IMG/VR virus record: IMGVR_UViG_3300025704_000016
Coordinates: 1-64,000 of that record
Length of the DNA: 64,000 bases
Strand: one strand, 5' to 3'
From: an uncultured virus (IMG/VR IMGVR_UViG_3300025704_000016)
Taxonomy: Duplodnaviria; Heunggongvirae; Uroviricota; Caudoviricetes
The notes beneath the pieces were generated by a model. That model saw only the letters and a list, made by a program, of their open reading frames with translations. It made no database searches and was not told where the DNA came from. The position numbers were made by a program, and so were the translations under genes. Positions 28,605 to 37,753 of the stretch are shown one piece after another. How positions within the stretch are numbered: position 1 is the first letter of the stretch; each line of letters starts with the position of its first letter.

Positions 28605-29810
28605 ATGAAGATAAAAACGAACAGATACTACGAGGACTTCCTATACTACTATCAGAAGGCAAAGGATCAGCAGAAGAAATGTAATCTAGGCTCTATTCCG
28701 CACCCAGAAAGCGGTATGGATGATAGCTTAATGGAGCATGTTGAACTCTACGACGTAGTAGAGCGTAAGTTGGCAGGTTTTAGTCAGATCAAGAATGATG
28801 TATTCTATGGCTGGAGCAAAGAACATCCGTATTATGAAAAGATGCAGGCTGGTAATGTCTCAGCTCAGCGTAAAGAAGTTGCTACCAACTGGACTGGCAA
28901 ACAGAAAACATTCGGCATGGCCGAATGGTTCTACGTCTTCTTACTACATGCTGTAACCGGCAGTGGTATTAACTATGCTAAGAAGCCATCAGGCTACCAC
29001 AACTCACTGCTTTTTCATCTACATGAATGTGATACAATTGAAGCTATGTGTGAGGTTGTTAAGACACATCCTAAGCCGTTCTTTACTTCGGTTGGGTATC
29101 AATTTCCAAAGTTCCCGAAGCCGCCTCAGGCTGAAGCCAGTGGCTTTGTGGGCATGGAGGATTACTCTACTCAATTCCAGTATAAAAAAGGTGGCGACTA
29201 CTACCTATGTGAGTTTGCACCAAGACTAGTTCGTGAAATGGCAGACATGTTACAGAAAGAAAACCGTAAGTTCCCACTCAGAGAACTTGGTGAATGGATG
29301 TTTGCATGGAATGAGAAGAATGGCCTGAATGCCTACAGATTCCAGTACGCGGCTTTCTTGGCAGATATTGCAGACTTCTATCCAGAATACATTGAGCTCT
29401 ACAGCCCGTTCTACTATGGCACAAATGCAGTTGAATGTATTAGCTATCTGGCAGATCCGGTAGGTAAGATGAACAAGATTGAATTCTTAGACGAGGTGAT
29501 GCTGCAGATCAACCGAGATACAGGTGGAAGACCATACGACGCAGAAGATGTTGCATGTGATTATATCCGTTGGGTTGAGAACTACGTGCGGCCTGGTGCA
29601 GCATATGACCATCTGGACTATGATAACCTATGGAACTCATCCAATATTAAGGACCATCCATTTGGTAGACAGAAAGCAATGCTGGAACTGGGTATTATCG
29701 AAACCTTTAATGGTATGAAACACCACCCATCAGATGATAAAGTTATTGCCGAGGCCGGTATTACAGTAGAACAGTATAAAAATATGATAAAAAAGCACTA
29801 TGTCGCATAA
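28605..29810 (+). CDS. Divergent aGPT-Pplase-like (amino acid:DNA transferase-like) protein
   Basis: DDSLMEHV.LYDVVER, FQYAAFLADIA...FYYGTNAVECI and DAEDVACDYIRW align by eye with the aGPT-Pplase1 motifs DPIL..Y.FTNV.R, F.AY....DL...GPGA..GL and D.E..LCE..KY; operon context fits. Confidence 0.5.
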   Translation: MKIKTNRYYEDFLYYYQKAKDQQKKCNLGSIPHPESGMDDSLMEHVELYDVVERKLAGFSQIKNDVFYGWSKEHPYYEKMQAGNVSAQRKEVATNWTGKQKTFGMAEWFYVFLLHAVTGSGINYAKKPSGYHNSLLFHLHECDTIEAMCEVVKTHPKPFFTSVGYQFPKFPKPPQAEASGFVGMEDYSTQFQYKKGGDYYLCEFAPRLVREMADMLQKENRKFPLRELGEWMFAWNEKNGLNAYRFQYAAFLADIADFYPEYIELYSPFYYGTNAVECISYLADPVGKMNKIEFLDEVMLQINRDTGGRPYDAEDVACDYIRWVENYVRPGAAYDHLDYDNLWNSSNIKDHPFGRQKAMLELGIIETFNGMKHHPSDDKVIAEAGITVEQYKNMIKKHYVA

Positions 29811-30696
29811 TAAACACACAGGATTATTAATCAACCAGGATTTAAACTTGATGATGCCTAATCGTCAGGCTTGGCTAGATCTAGCCGGTGACTGGCAAGA
29901 TCCGTTTCCAGATCCAATAGTTACAGAGCACAATGGCTTTAATGTAGTTAGAGAGGACATGATGGGCTTTGGTTCTAAGTGCCGTTTTGGTGACATCTTA
30001 GTAAGCACATGTGAAAAAGATACTCTAGTCTATGTACAACCAAGATACGGTTTTGCAGGTATCTCACTTGCATATCTGGCCAAGAAGTATAACAAGAAGT
30101 TAGTTCTATTTAGTCCAAGTCAAAAGGAGATCTCAGACCACCAGGCGATCTGTATTGAACGTGGCGCTGAGATGAAGTTTAAGCGTATTGCAGCAATGCC
30201 AGTCTTAAACGCACATGCTAAAAAATGGGCAGAAGAGAACGATGCTTTCTTTATACCGCTTGGGCTTAAACATGAACTAGTAACTGCAGCAGCTGTTAAA
30301 GTAGCTTATGATCTTGCAGAGAAGCAAGGCTATCCACAAGAGGTTTGGTCGGCTATTTCAACCGGTGTTCTACAAAGATCTTTACAGATTGCATGGCCGG
30401 ATGCAGATTTTCATGGAGTTGCAGTTGCACGTAACATACAGAAAGGCGAAAGAGGTAGAGCTACATTATGGTCACATCCAAAGGCTTTTACGCAGAATGT
30501 TGATGCAGAATTTTACCCTCCCTTTCCATCTGCACTAAACTACGACGCTAAGGCTTGGGAATTCATGCAGAAGCATGCCAGCCCTGGAGCCTGGTTCTGG
30601 AACGTAGGTGGTGACCCAAAGCCAGAAGACTCGATGACCAAAGTAAACACTAATTCTTACAGAGAATGGGGTCAAGTTTTAACCGAAGACGTGTAA
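29800..30696 (+). CDS. PLP-dependent enzyme (fold type II, Trp synthase beta-like) of the phage DNA-hypermodification type
   Basis: VVREDMMGFGSKCR (PLP lysine), GFAGISLAYLA, FIPLGL, AISTG, NYDAKAW, FWNVG. Confidence 0.75.
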   Translation: MSHNKHTGLLINQDLNLMMPNRQAWLDLAGDWQDPFPDPIVTEHNGFNVVREDMMGFGSKCRFGDILVSTCEKDTLVYVQPRYGFAGISLAYLAKKYNKKLVLFSPSQKEISDHQAICIERGAEMKFKRIAAMPVLNAHAKKWAEENDAFFIPLGLKHELVTAAAVKVAYDLAEKQGYPQEVWSAISTGVLQRSLQIAWPDADFHGVAVARNIQKGERGRATLWSHPKAFTQNVDAEFYPPFPSALNYDAKAWEFMQKHASPGAWFWNVGGDPKPEDSMTKVNTNSYREWGQVLTEDV

Positions 30697-30735
30697 ACAA
30701 AAGAGGATTAATCTATAATACTACAAAGAAATAAT

Positions 30736-31200
30736 ATGGCAAACACAGATAATAAATGTTCGGATCTTGACGTGGCAGATTTCCACTCAAATGCAGATGA
30801 CACCTTTGGCTTAATCTTTAACAAGCAGAAAGAATTACAAGAGCGTCTTGGCTTTAATTTTGAAGGCTGGACAATCAAAGAAATCGCTGACTTTTGGATG
30901 GTTAACAAACATGCATTAAGTGACGAACTCAACGAGATGTTTGATGCCCTAGGCGGTATCAACGACGGTATTGGTAACGCAGGCTGGAAGTATTGGAAGC
31001 AAGACAATGCAAAAGCTGCTAACATGAAAATTGAAGATCTATCCGAAGCAGACAAATTAGAACTCTTTTATGAATGGATTGACGGATTACATTTTTACAT
31101 GAACTTTGCAATAGCAATTGGTATGACTAGTAAAGATGTTGTTAATCTATACATGGCGAAGAACGCAGAGAATCACGACAGACAAGAAAGAGGCTACTAA
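30736..31200 (+). CDS. All-alpha dNTP pyrophosphatase (dimeric dUTPase/T4 gp56/MazG-like)
   Basis: QKELQ, DELNEM, WKYWK, EWIDGLHF, YMAKNAENHDRQ..GY. Confidence 0.85.
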   Translation: MANTDNKCSDLDVADFHSNADDTFGLIFNKQKELQERLGFNFEGWTIKEIADFWMVNKHALSDELNEMFDALGGINDGIGNAGWKYWKQDNAKAANMKIEDLSEADKLELFYEWIDGLHFYMNFAIAIGMTSKDVVNLYMAKNAENHDRQERGY

Positions 31201-31220
31201 TTTAAAACAGGATAGAGTAC

Positions 31221-32624
31221 ATGCTATTAGACATTGAGCAGAAAGAAAATGAAGTAATCGTCAGCTACTACGATAAGAAAGGCGAAGTTTCATTTAAACG
31301 CTATCGCGTAGATAACTTTGAGAATTGGACAGTAGCTGAAGATAACGACAGATACAGAGACCAAAACTTTAAAAACTGGGACGGCAGAGCAATCAAACGC
31401 AAACGCTCAAGAACTTACAACAAATTCAGTCTACTCTATTTTATGGACTCTCTGCCTGAAGCAGATAGAGAAGAGATCTTTGCATTCAACATGCCAAGAA
31501 CATACTATGTCGATATTGAGACTGAGATTGTAGATGGCTTTCCAAGACCAGAAGAGGCTAAGAGTCGTATCTTAACTTTTTCGATCATTACACCAGAACG
31601 TAAAGCAATTGTACTTGGTCTAGATGACTTGAATGCAGAACAGATCAAGAAGATTGAAGATGACACTAACGCTCACTTCAAGAACTACGATCAAGACTGG
31701 ACTTTTAGCTACTACAAGTTTAAGAATGAGTATGATATGCTCTATAACTTCTTGCACAAGTTCTTGCCTAAGTTTCCAATGATGACTGGCTGGAACTTTA
31801 TCAACTATGACTGGCAATATATTGTTAATCGCTGTAAGAGGCTACAGATTGATCTAACTGAAGTTGCAATCACAGGAGCACTAGACAAAAAAGACTCAAG
31901 ACCATTACACATGGGTATTCTTGACTATATGCAGCTCTATGATAAGTATGATCGTTCAGTTGCAGTAAAGGAATCTAATAAGCTTGATTTTGTCTCAGGT
32001 GCAGTTCTTAACGTAGCCAAAATTAAATATACAGGCTCACTGCAAGATCTTTACGAAAACAACTTTCAAAAGTATGTTTTCTACAACGTAGTTGACTCGA
32101 TTCTGGTTTATTACATTGATTGCCAGTTAAAGTCAATGGAAGTCCTACTGACCTTATCAACTATTACTAAAATGCCACTCTATAAAGCAGCCAGCCCCGT
32201 TGCAGTAACAGAGTCTTTAATTGCAAGAAAGCTTGCAGAAGACAACGTTAAGATCGGCGTTGAGTATGACAAAGAGGACAGTAAGAAAGACGGTCAGTAT
32301 GAAGGTGCTTTTGTAAAACAACCAATTGTTGGTTATTACTCAGGAGTAAGTGCATTTGACTTTGCATCACTGTACCCATCGGTGATGAGGCAGTTTAATA
32401 TCTCGCCGGATGCTTTCATTGAAATTGTACCGGAAGCTGAAATTGCCGAGCGCAGAAAAGATAATAACGTAATCGTTTGCGAGAACGGAGTTGTCTATAA
32501 AAAGGAAGATTCAATCCTAAAAAAGATCCTCAGCGATCTATATGCACAAAGAAAGGAATACAAGAAGGCTTCATATGCTTATTATGAAAAAGCACATGAA
32601 CTTCAAAAAAAATTTAGGCTCTAA
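31221..32624 (+). CDS. gp43: DNA polymerase B, N-terminal subunit (exonuclease, palm motif A, first finger helix)
   Basis: ExoI DIETE, ExoII GWNFINYD, ExoIII YNVVD and motif A FDFASLYPS; ends after LYAQRKEYKK without motifs B/C. Confidence 0.92.
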   Translation: MLLDIEQKENEVIVSYYDKKGEVSFKRYRVDNFENWTVAEDNDRYRDQNFKNWDGRAIKRKRSRTYNKFSLLYFMDSLPEADREEIFAFNMPRTYYVDIETEIVDGFPRPEEAKSRILTFSIITPERKAIVLGLDDLNAEQIKKIEDDTNAHFKNYDQDWTFSYYKFKNEYDMLYNFLHKFLPKFPMMTGWNFINYDWQYIVNRCKRLQIDLTEVAITGALDKKDSRPLHMGILDYMQLYDKYDRSVAVKESNKLDFVSGAVLNVAKIKYTGSLQDLYENNFQKYVFYNVVDSILVYYIDCQLKSMEVLLTLSTITKMPLYKAASPVAVTESLIARKLAEDNVKIGVEYDKEDSKKDGQYEGAFVKQPIVGYYSGVSAFDFASLYPSVMRQFNISPDAFIEIVPEAEIAERRKDNNVIVCENGVVYKKEDSILKKILSDLYAQRKEYKKASYAYYEKAHELQKKFRL

Positions 32625-32649
32625 TTTAGAAAGAACCAGCAGCCTGTTT

Positions 32650-32657
32650 GATATATA
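32650..32657 (+). promoter_or_regulatory. GATATATA motif
   Basis: In the polA-half/nrdB intergenic region. Confidence 0.5.
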
Positions 32658-32710
32658 AAAAACAAGCAGCGCTGCTAGTGTCTTACTAATAAAAAACGAT
32701 TAATCGGAAC

Positions 32711-32740
32711 AAGGTCTACCCTAATAAGCAGGCCTTTTTT
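32711..32740 (+). terminator. Putative intrinsic terminator
   Basis: AAGGTCT...AGGCCTT stem with a G-U pair, then T6. Confidence 0.55.
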
Positions 32741-32775
32741 AGACTAATCTGCAATTGTAAAAAAACTAGCAAATA

Positions 32776-33783
32776 ATGTCACTATTTAAAGAAAGAATAG
32801 AATTTAAGCCTTTTGAGTACCCGGAGTATTATACCGAGGGTTGGCTGAAACAAGCTCAAGCGTTCTGGTTACACACTGAGATCTCAATGCAAGGAGATGT
32901 GAAAGACTGGAACGAAAGAATGGAAGACCACGAAAAGAACCTGGTAGGCAATATTTTGCTAGGTTTTGCACAAACTGAATGTGCAGTTTCAGATTACTGG
33001 ACTGGTATGGTAACAAAGTGGTTTCCGAAGCATGAAATCAAGCAAATGGCAATGATGTTTGGCTCACAAGAGACTATTCATGCCACTGCATACTCATATC
33101 TAAATGAAACTCTAGGACTAGAGGACTTCACTGCATTCTTACACGAACCAGCAACAGCTGAAAAGTTTGAGCATTTAACCTCAACCGAAGCTGATTGGAC
33201 TCATGACGATCTTGCCGAAAACTCAAATGCAAGAAGACAAGTTGCTAGATCTTTAGCAATCTTTAGTGCCTTTGCAGAAGGCGTTTCACTCTATTCTTCA
33301 TTTGCGGTACTCTACTCGTTCCAAATGAGAAACTTATTAAAAGGTATTGGTCAGCAAATGAAATGGTCAGTACGTGATGAGTCTCTACACTCTAAAATGG
33401 GTTGTCAACTCTTCAGACACATGACTGATGAATACCCAGATCTAAAAGAACAGGTTAAAGACGATGTTGTTAGAGCTGCTCAACTAATGGTTGAAATGGA
33501 GCACAAATTCATCGATAAGATGTTTGAAATGGGTAATCTTGAAAACCTTAAGAAAGAAGATCTTAAGAACTTTATTACCAAAAGAGCCAATGAAAAAATT
33601 GCAGAACTTGGTTACACAGAAGGCCCCTTCATGGAATATGATGAAGAGAGCGCTAGTCAACTAGACTGGTTCTACCATCTAACCGGTGGCCACACACATA
33701 CCGACTTCTTTGCAGTTCGACCAACTGACTATTCAAAAGCAGGCGAAGACGAAAACTGGGACGAAGATGACTTATTCGACTAA
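32776..33783 (+). CDS. nrdB: Ribonucleotide reductase class I beta subunit
   Basis: KPFEYP, FWLHTE, AQTE, ETIHATAY, AEGVSLYSSF, RDESLH, DFFA.RPTDY. Confidence 0.95.
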   Translation: MSLFKERIEFKPFEYPEYYTEGWLKQAQAFWLHTEISMQGDVKDWNERMEDHEKNLVGNILLGFAQTECAVSDYWTGMVTKWFPKHEIKQMAMMFGSQETIHATAYSYLNETLGLEDFTAFLHEPATAEKFEHLTSTEADWTHDDLAENSNARRQVARSLAIFSAFAEGVSLYSSFAVLYSFQMRNLLKGIGQQMKWSVRDESLHSKMGCQLFRHMTDEYPDLKEQVKDDVVRAAQLMVEMEHKFIDKMFEMGNLENLKKEDLKNFITKRANEKIAELGYTEGPFMEYDEESASQLDWFYHLTGGHTHTDFFAVRPTDYSKAGEDENWDEDDLFD

Positions 33784-33796
33784 TTAATTATACACG

Positions 33797-35650
33797 ATGT
33801 TTAAAATGTTTAAAAAAGAAGATACAGACCGCACTGAAGTGGTTAATTACGCAGCAGACTTAGGCTGGGAAATCGGAGTAGATTTTCCAACATGGGCTAA
33901 CACTGAAATCTACGTAAAAACAATCAGCAGAGGCTATCTGTTAGAAGGTGAAACACCGAAAGATGCTTACTGGAGAGTTGCAACTACAACTGCTAAAAGA
34001 CTGCAAAAGCCAGAAATGGCAAGCAAGTTCTTTGACTACATCTGGAAAGGCTGGTTAAACCTAGCGTCTCCAGTACTTTCAAACACTGGAACTGAGCGTG
34101 GTCTACCAATCTCTTGTTTTGGGATTGATGTCGCAGACTCAATTGCAGATATTGGCGGTAAGAATCTAGAGATGATGCTCTTAGCAAAACATGGCGGTGG
34201 TGTTGGTATTGGTGTTAACCAGATCAGATCTGCTGGATCTACGATCCGCGGTAATGGAACTTCAGACGGTGTTGTACCTTTTATTAAGATCTATGACTCA
34301 ACTATCCTAGCTACTAATCAAGGAAGTGTAAGACGTGGCGCAGCTTCGGTTAACATTGACATTGAGCATGGTGACTTTTGGGAATGGTTAGAAATACGTG
34401 AACCAAAAGGTGACGTTAATCGCCAGTCTTTAAATATCCACCAGTGTGTGATTGTACCAGACGGTTTTATGCAAAAGGTAGAAGCCGGTGATAAAGAAGC
34501 ACGTAAAAGATGGGCTGCAGTGCTTAGAAAACGTAGAGCAACAGGTGAGCCTTATATCATGTTTAAAGGTAATGTGAACAGTGCAAATCCAGATGCTTAC
34601 AAGAACAATGGTCTAAAGGTTTATATGACCAACATTTGTTCTGAGATTGCACTACATACAGATGAGAACCACTCTTTTGTATGTTGTTTAAGTTCATTGA
34701 ACCTGGCAAAATATGACGAGTGGAAAGACACAGATCTAATCTACACTGCAACATGGTTCTTGGATGGAGTACTTGAAGAATTTATCCAGAAAGCAAAATA
34801 CATGCGTGGTTTTGAGAATAGCGTGAGATCAGCAGAAAAAGGTAGAGCTTTAGGACTTGGAGTCTTGGGCTGGCACACTTACCTGCAAGAGCACAATATT
34901 CCATTCGAAGGCCTAACAGCTCAGTTTGAAACACGTAAGATCTTCTCTCAACTAAAGACTGAAAGTGAGAAGGCAAGCCGAGATCTAGCAAAAGAATACG
35001 GTGAACCTTTATGGTGTGTTGGCACTGGCATGCGCAATACGCACCTGAGAGCCGTTGCGCCAACCGTGAGCAACTCAAAACTTGCTGGTAACTATTCACC
35101 AGGTATTGAGCCTTGGGCTGCTAACGTGTTCACAGAACAAACAGCAAAGGGTACTTTTATTCGTAAGAACCCAACGTTAGAACAAGCTTTAGATCTAATC
35201 GGTAAGAATACAAAAGACACTTGGGATAAGATCCTAGAAGATGGTGGTAGTGTACAAGGTCTAGATTGGATGGATGATTATCACGTACATATCGGTGAGG
35301 CTCTAGATAAAGATTGGGGCACTCCGATCCATAAAGATAAATTGAAAGAAGCGCCAGAAGCAGCCGAAGATCAGTTTATTCCAATGAAAGATGTATACAA
35401 GACCTTTAAAGAAATTAACCAACTTGAGCTGGTAAAACAGGCTGGAGTGAGACAACAATATGTTGACCAAGCAGTCTCTTTGAACTTAGCGTTTCCAATT
35501 GAGGCAACACCTAAGTTTATCAACCAAGTGCACCTAGAAGCTTACAATCAAGGTATTAAGACGCTCTATTACATGAGAACAGAGTCAGTACTGAGAGGCG
35601 ATATTGCAACAAGAGCAATGGATCCAGATTGTATCAGCTGTGATGGATAA
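33797..35650 (+). CDS. nrdA: Ribonucleotide reductase class I alpha subunit (no ATP cone)
   Basis: ASPVLSN, PISCF, GGGVG, TNICSEI, VCCLSSLNL, APT, YYMR and C-terminal CISCDG. Confidence 0.95.
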   Translation: MFKMFKKEDTDRTEVVNYAADLGWEIGVDFPTWANTEIYVKTISRGYLLEGETPKDAYWRVATTTAKRLQKPEMASKFFDYIWKGWLNLASPVLSNTGTERGLPISCFGIDVADSIADIGGKNLEMMLLAKHGGGVGIGVNQIRSAGSTIRGNGTSDGVVPFIKIYDSTILATNQGSVRRGAASVNIDIEHGDFWEWLEIREPKGDVNRQSLNIHQCVIVPDGFMQKVEAGDKEARKRWAAVLRKRRATGEPYIMFKGNVNSANPDAYKNNGLKVYMTNICSEIALHTDENHSFVCCLSSLNLAKYDEWKDTDLIYTATWFLDGVLEEFIQKAKYMRGFENSVRSAEKGRALGLGVLGWHTYLQEHNIPFEGLTAQFETRKIFSQLKTESEKASRDLAKEYGEPLWCVGTGMRNTHLRAVAPTVSNSKLAGNYSPGIEPWAANVFTEQTAKGTFIRKNPTLEQALDLIGKNTKDTWDKILEDGGSVQGLDWMDDYHVHIGEALDKDWGTPIHKDKLKEAPEAAEDQFIPMKDVYKTFKEINQLELVKQAGVRQQYVDQAVSLNLAFPIEATPKFINQVHLEAYNQGIKTLYYMRTESVLRGDIATRAMDPDCISCDG

Positions 35651-35705
35651 GAAATCCGGTGGTATGAAACAGGACCACATTTAGGACCGTTATAGTTAAC
35701 GGGTT

Positions 35706-35742
35706 GGGCAGAGAAAAGTTCGCTACTATCTCTGCCCTTTTT
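35706..35742 (+). terminator. Intrinsic terminator (possibly the 3' end of a structured RNA)
   Basis: GGGCAGAGA/TCTCTGCCC stem plus T5. Confidence 0.8.
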
Positions 35743-35745
35743 ATT

Positions 35746-35772
35746 GAAACTGTTTGCTCTTTTCACATACAA
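35746..35772 (+). promoter_or_regulatory. GAAAC-N17-TACAA promoter upstream of clamp and polymerase C-subunit
   Basis: Variant of the bipartite motif. Confidence 0.5.
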
Positions 35773-35795
35773 TAACTAAACATAAATTAAAAAAT

Positions 35796-36539
35796 ATGAA
35801 GTTAAAAATTGATCGTATTGACCAGCACGCGTTGACCAACTTTATCAATCGCGTTAAGCTAATTGACTCTTTCATCTACATGAAAATCACTAATGGTAGA
35901 ATCGAGTCTTCTGTTTATTTACCGCAGAGAGATGCAGTAAAGAGCCATGTTGTAAACATGGACCAGATTTTCCAGACTAATGAGATTGTACCTAGTGACA
36001 AAGCCCTAAAGATTGCATTCTTCGATGGTGCTAAAGTTATTGAAGCAATCAAACACTTTGAACATGATGCTATTAAAGGTGAAATTGAATTCATCGAGAA
36101 TGATGAAGAATACGTAGCATCTACGTTTAGAATCTACAACGATGAGTTAGAAGTTAAGCTATCTTGTTCAGAACCATCATTGGGCTTTAAAGATCTTACA
36201 AAAGAGCAACAAGAAGCTATCTTCTCAAGAGATAACAGTGCATTCAACTTTGAGATCGATACTCATATGATTAACAAAGTAAAGAACTTGTTTAATCTAG
36301 ACACAGAAGAAACATTTAGTATTAAAGCTAACGGTAAAGGAGTTAATGTTGATGGTAAATCATTTAGCGTTGTGATTAATCCAGAAAGCAAAGGCTCTGG
36401 TAATGCTACAGTCTATAAGAAGTATTTGAACCTGTTAGACAGGGAAGAACAAAACGTGTTCGTATCGAGCTCTAAAGTTGTCTTCCAGTCTAAGGATTCA
36501 GAAACACTATTAACTGTATCAACTTGCCAAACAGCTTAA
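35796..36539 (+). CDS. Sliding clamp (gp45-like), probable
   Basis: About 247 aa with an alternating alpha/beta two-domain pattern, adjacent to the polymerase gene; start refined to MKLKIDR. Confidence 0.55.
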   Translation: MKLKIDRIDQHALTNFINRVKLIDSFIYMKITNGRIESSVYLPQRDAVKSHVVNMDQIFQTNEIVPSDKALKIAFFDGAKVIEAIKHFEHDAIKGEIEFIENDEEYVASTFRIYNDELEVKLSCSEPSLGFKDLTKEQQEAIFSRDNSAFNFEIDTHMINKVKNLFNLDTEETFSIKANGKGVNVDGKSFSVVINPESKGSGNATVYKKYLNLLDREEQNVFVSSSKVVFQSKDSETLLTVSTCQTA

Positions 36540-36542
36540 TAA

Positions 36543-37751
36543 ATGGATATAAAAGAGTTAGAAAATAAACCAATAGATCAATTGACTGATGCTGACGCTA
36601 AGCTGCTTGTAGATCACTACAAGCAGCTTTCAGCAAAGTATACAGCTTATGAGCAGGCGGTTAAGTTAACTCTTAACTCGATCTACGGAGCCTTTGGTAA
36701 CAAATGGTTTCACTTCTTCAATATCGACATTGCAGAGTCAATTACAAAACAGGGCAAGAATGCTATTCTCTACTCAGAGTCAATCTTGAACAAATATGTT
36801 CAAGAATTTTGGCATAAAGACACTGCAATTCACGAGCAATTCGGTATTAAAGTAAAGGGTAAAATAGAGAAGCCAGCTGTAATCTACATCGATACTGACT
36901 CATGTTACGTTCAGTTTCAAGATGTTTATGAGTCTATCATCTGGGAAGATGAAAGTAAGAAGATGTCAATTGACGAGTTTATCTTAGCACTTTATGGCTT
37001 TAGACTTAATAATTATATTGTTAAGTGTATGGAGATGTACGCTGAGAAACGTAATACTGATAACTTCTTAATGTTTGAGCTTGAGACTATTGCATATAAT
37101 GGTATCTGGATGAGCAAGAAGAAGTACATTCAGAATATTGCATGGGACGATAAACTAGAGAAGACCGATCGACATGCGCCTCTGAAAAAGATTAAGACGA
37201 TTGGATATGATACTATTCAATCTTCAACACCAGCATTTGTAAGAGCAAAACTAGTTGAAGCACTTAAAATTATATTTAAGAGTGCTAAAACACCAAGTGC
37301 TGAAGAATTACAAGAACTTGTTCAATTCATGAAGCAGGTCAGAAAAGAGTTCCAGCTTGCAGATATTGACGAGATCTCATTTAACAGAAGGACAAACAAT
37401 ATTGAGAAATATATTGTTGACGACCAGATTGAATTTCAAGTTGGTCTAAAATGTCCGGCCAATGTTAAAGCAGCAGGTTACTACAACTACCTGCTTAATA
37501 TGAACTCTAAATTTAAAACAAAGTATAAAGTAATTGGTAACGGTGAGAAGCTAAAGATCTACAACTGTAAGAGTCCAATCAGTGAAGTTTATGCCTATCT
37601 ACCAGGTGAACATCCTTATGAGTTTGCACCAGAGATAGACTACGACACTCAGTTTGAAAAGGCAATGATTGACCCGTTAAACAGAGTACTTACAGCAATC
37701 GGTCTACAGACACTTGACACTAATCTACTTTATGCATCAGCACTATTTTAA
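36543..37751 (+). CDS. gp43: DNA polymerase B, C-terminal subunit (second finger helix, motifs B/C, thumb)
   Basis: QAVKLTLNSIYGAFGN (B), YIDTDS (C), KKKY, IDYDTQFEK...PL, and a C-terminal clamp-binding-like ALF. Confidence 0.92.
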   Translation: MDIKELENKPIDQLTDADAKLLVDHYKQLSAKYTAYEQAVKLTLNSIYGAFGNKWFHFFNIDIAESITKQGKNAILYSESILNKYVQEFWHKDTAIHEQFGIKVKGKIEKPAVIYIDTDSCYVQFQDVYESIIWEDESKKMSIDEFILALYGFRLNNYIVKCMEMYAEKRNTDNFLMFELETIAYNGIWMSKKKYIQNIAWDDKLEKTDRHAPLKKIKTIGYDTIQSSTPAFVRAKLVEALKIIFKSAKTPSAEELQELVQFMKQVRKEFQLADIDEISFNRRTNNIEKYIVDDQIEFQVGLKCPANVKAAGYYNYLLNMNSKFKTKYKVIGNGEKLKIYNCKSPISEVYAYLPGEHPYEFAPEIDYDTQFEKAMIDPLNRVLTAIGLQTLDTNLLYASALF

Positions 37752-37753
37752 TT

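Noticed and set aside
32625..36542. Intron, intein or mobile element interrupting the polymerase
   Set aside because: The intervening DNA encodes ordinary nrdB, nrdA and clamp. There are no intein terminal residues, homing endonuclease, transposase or terminal repeats.
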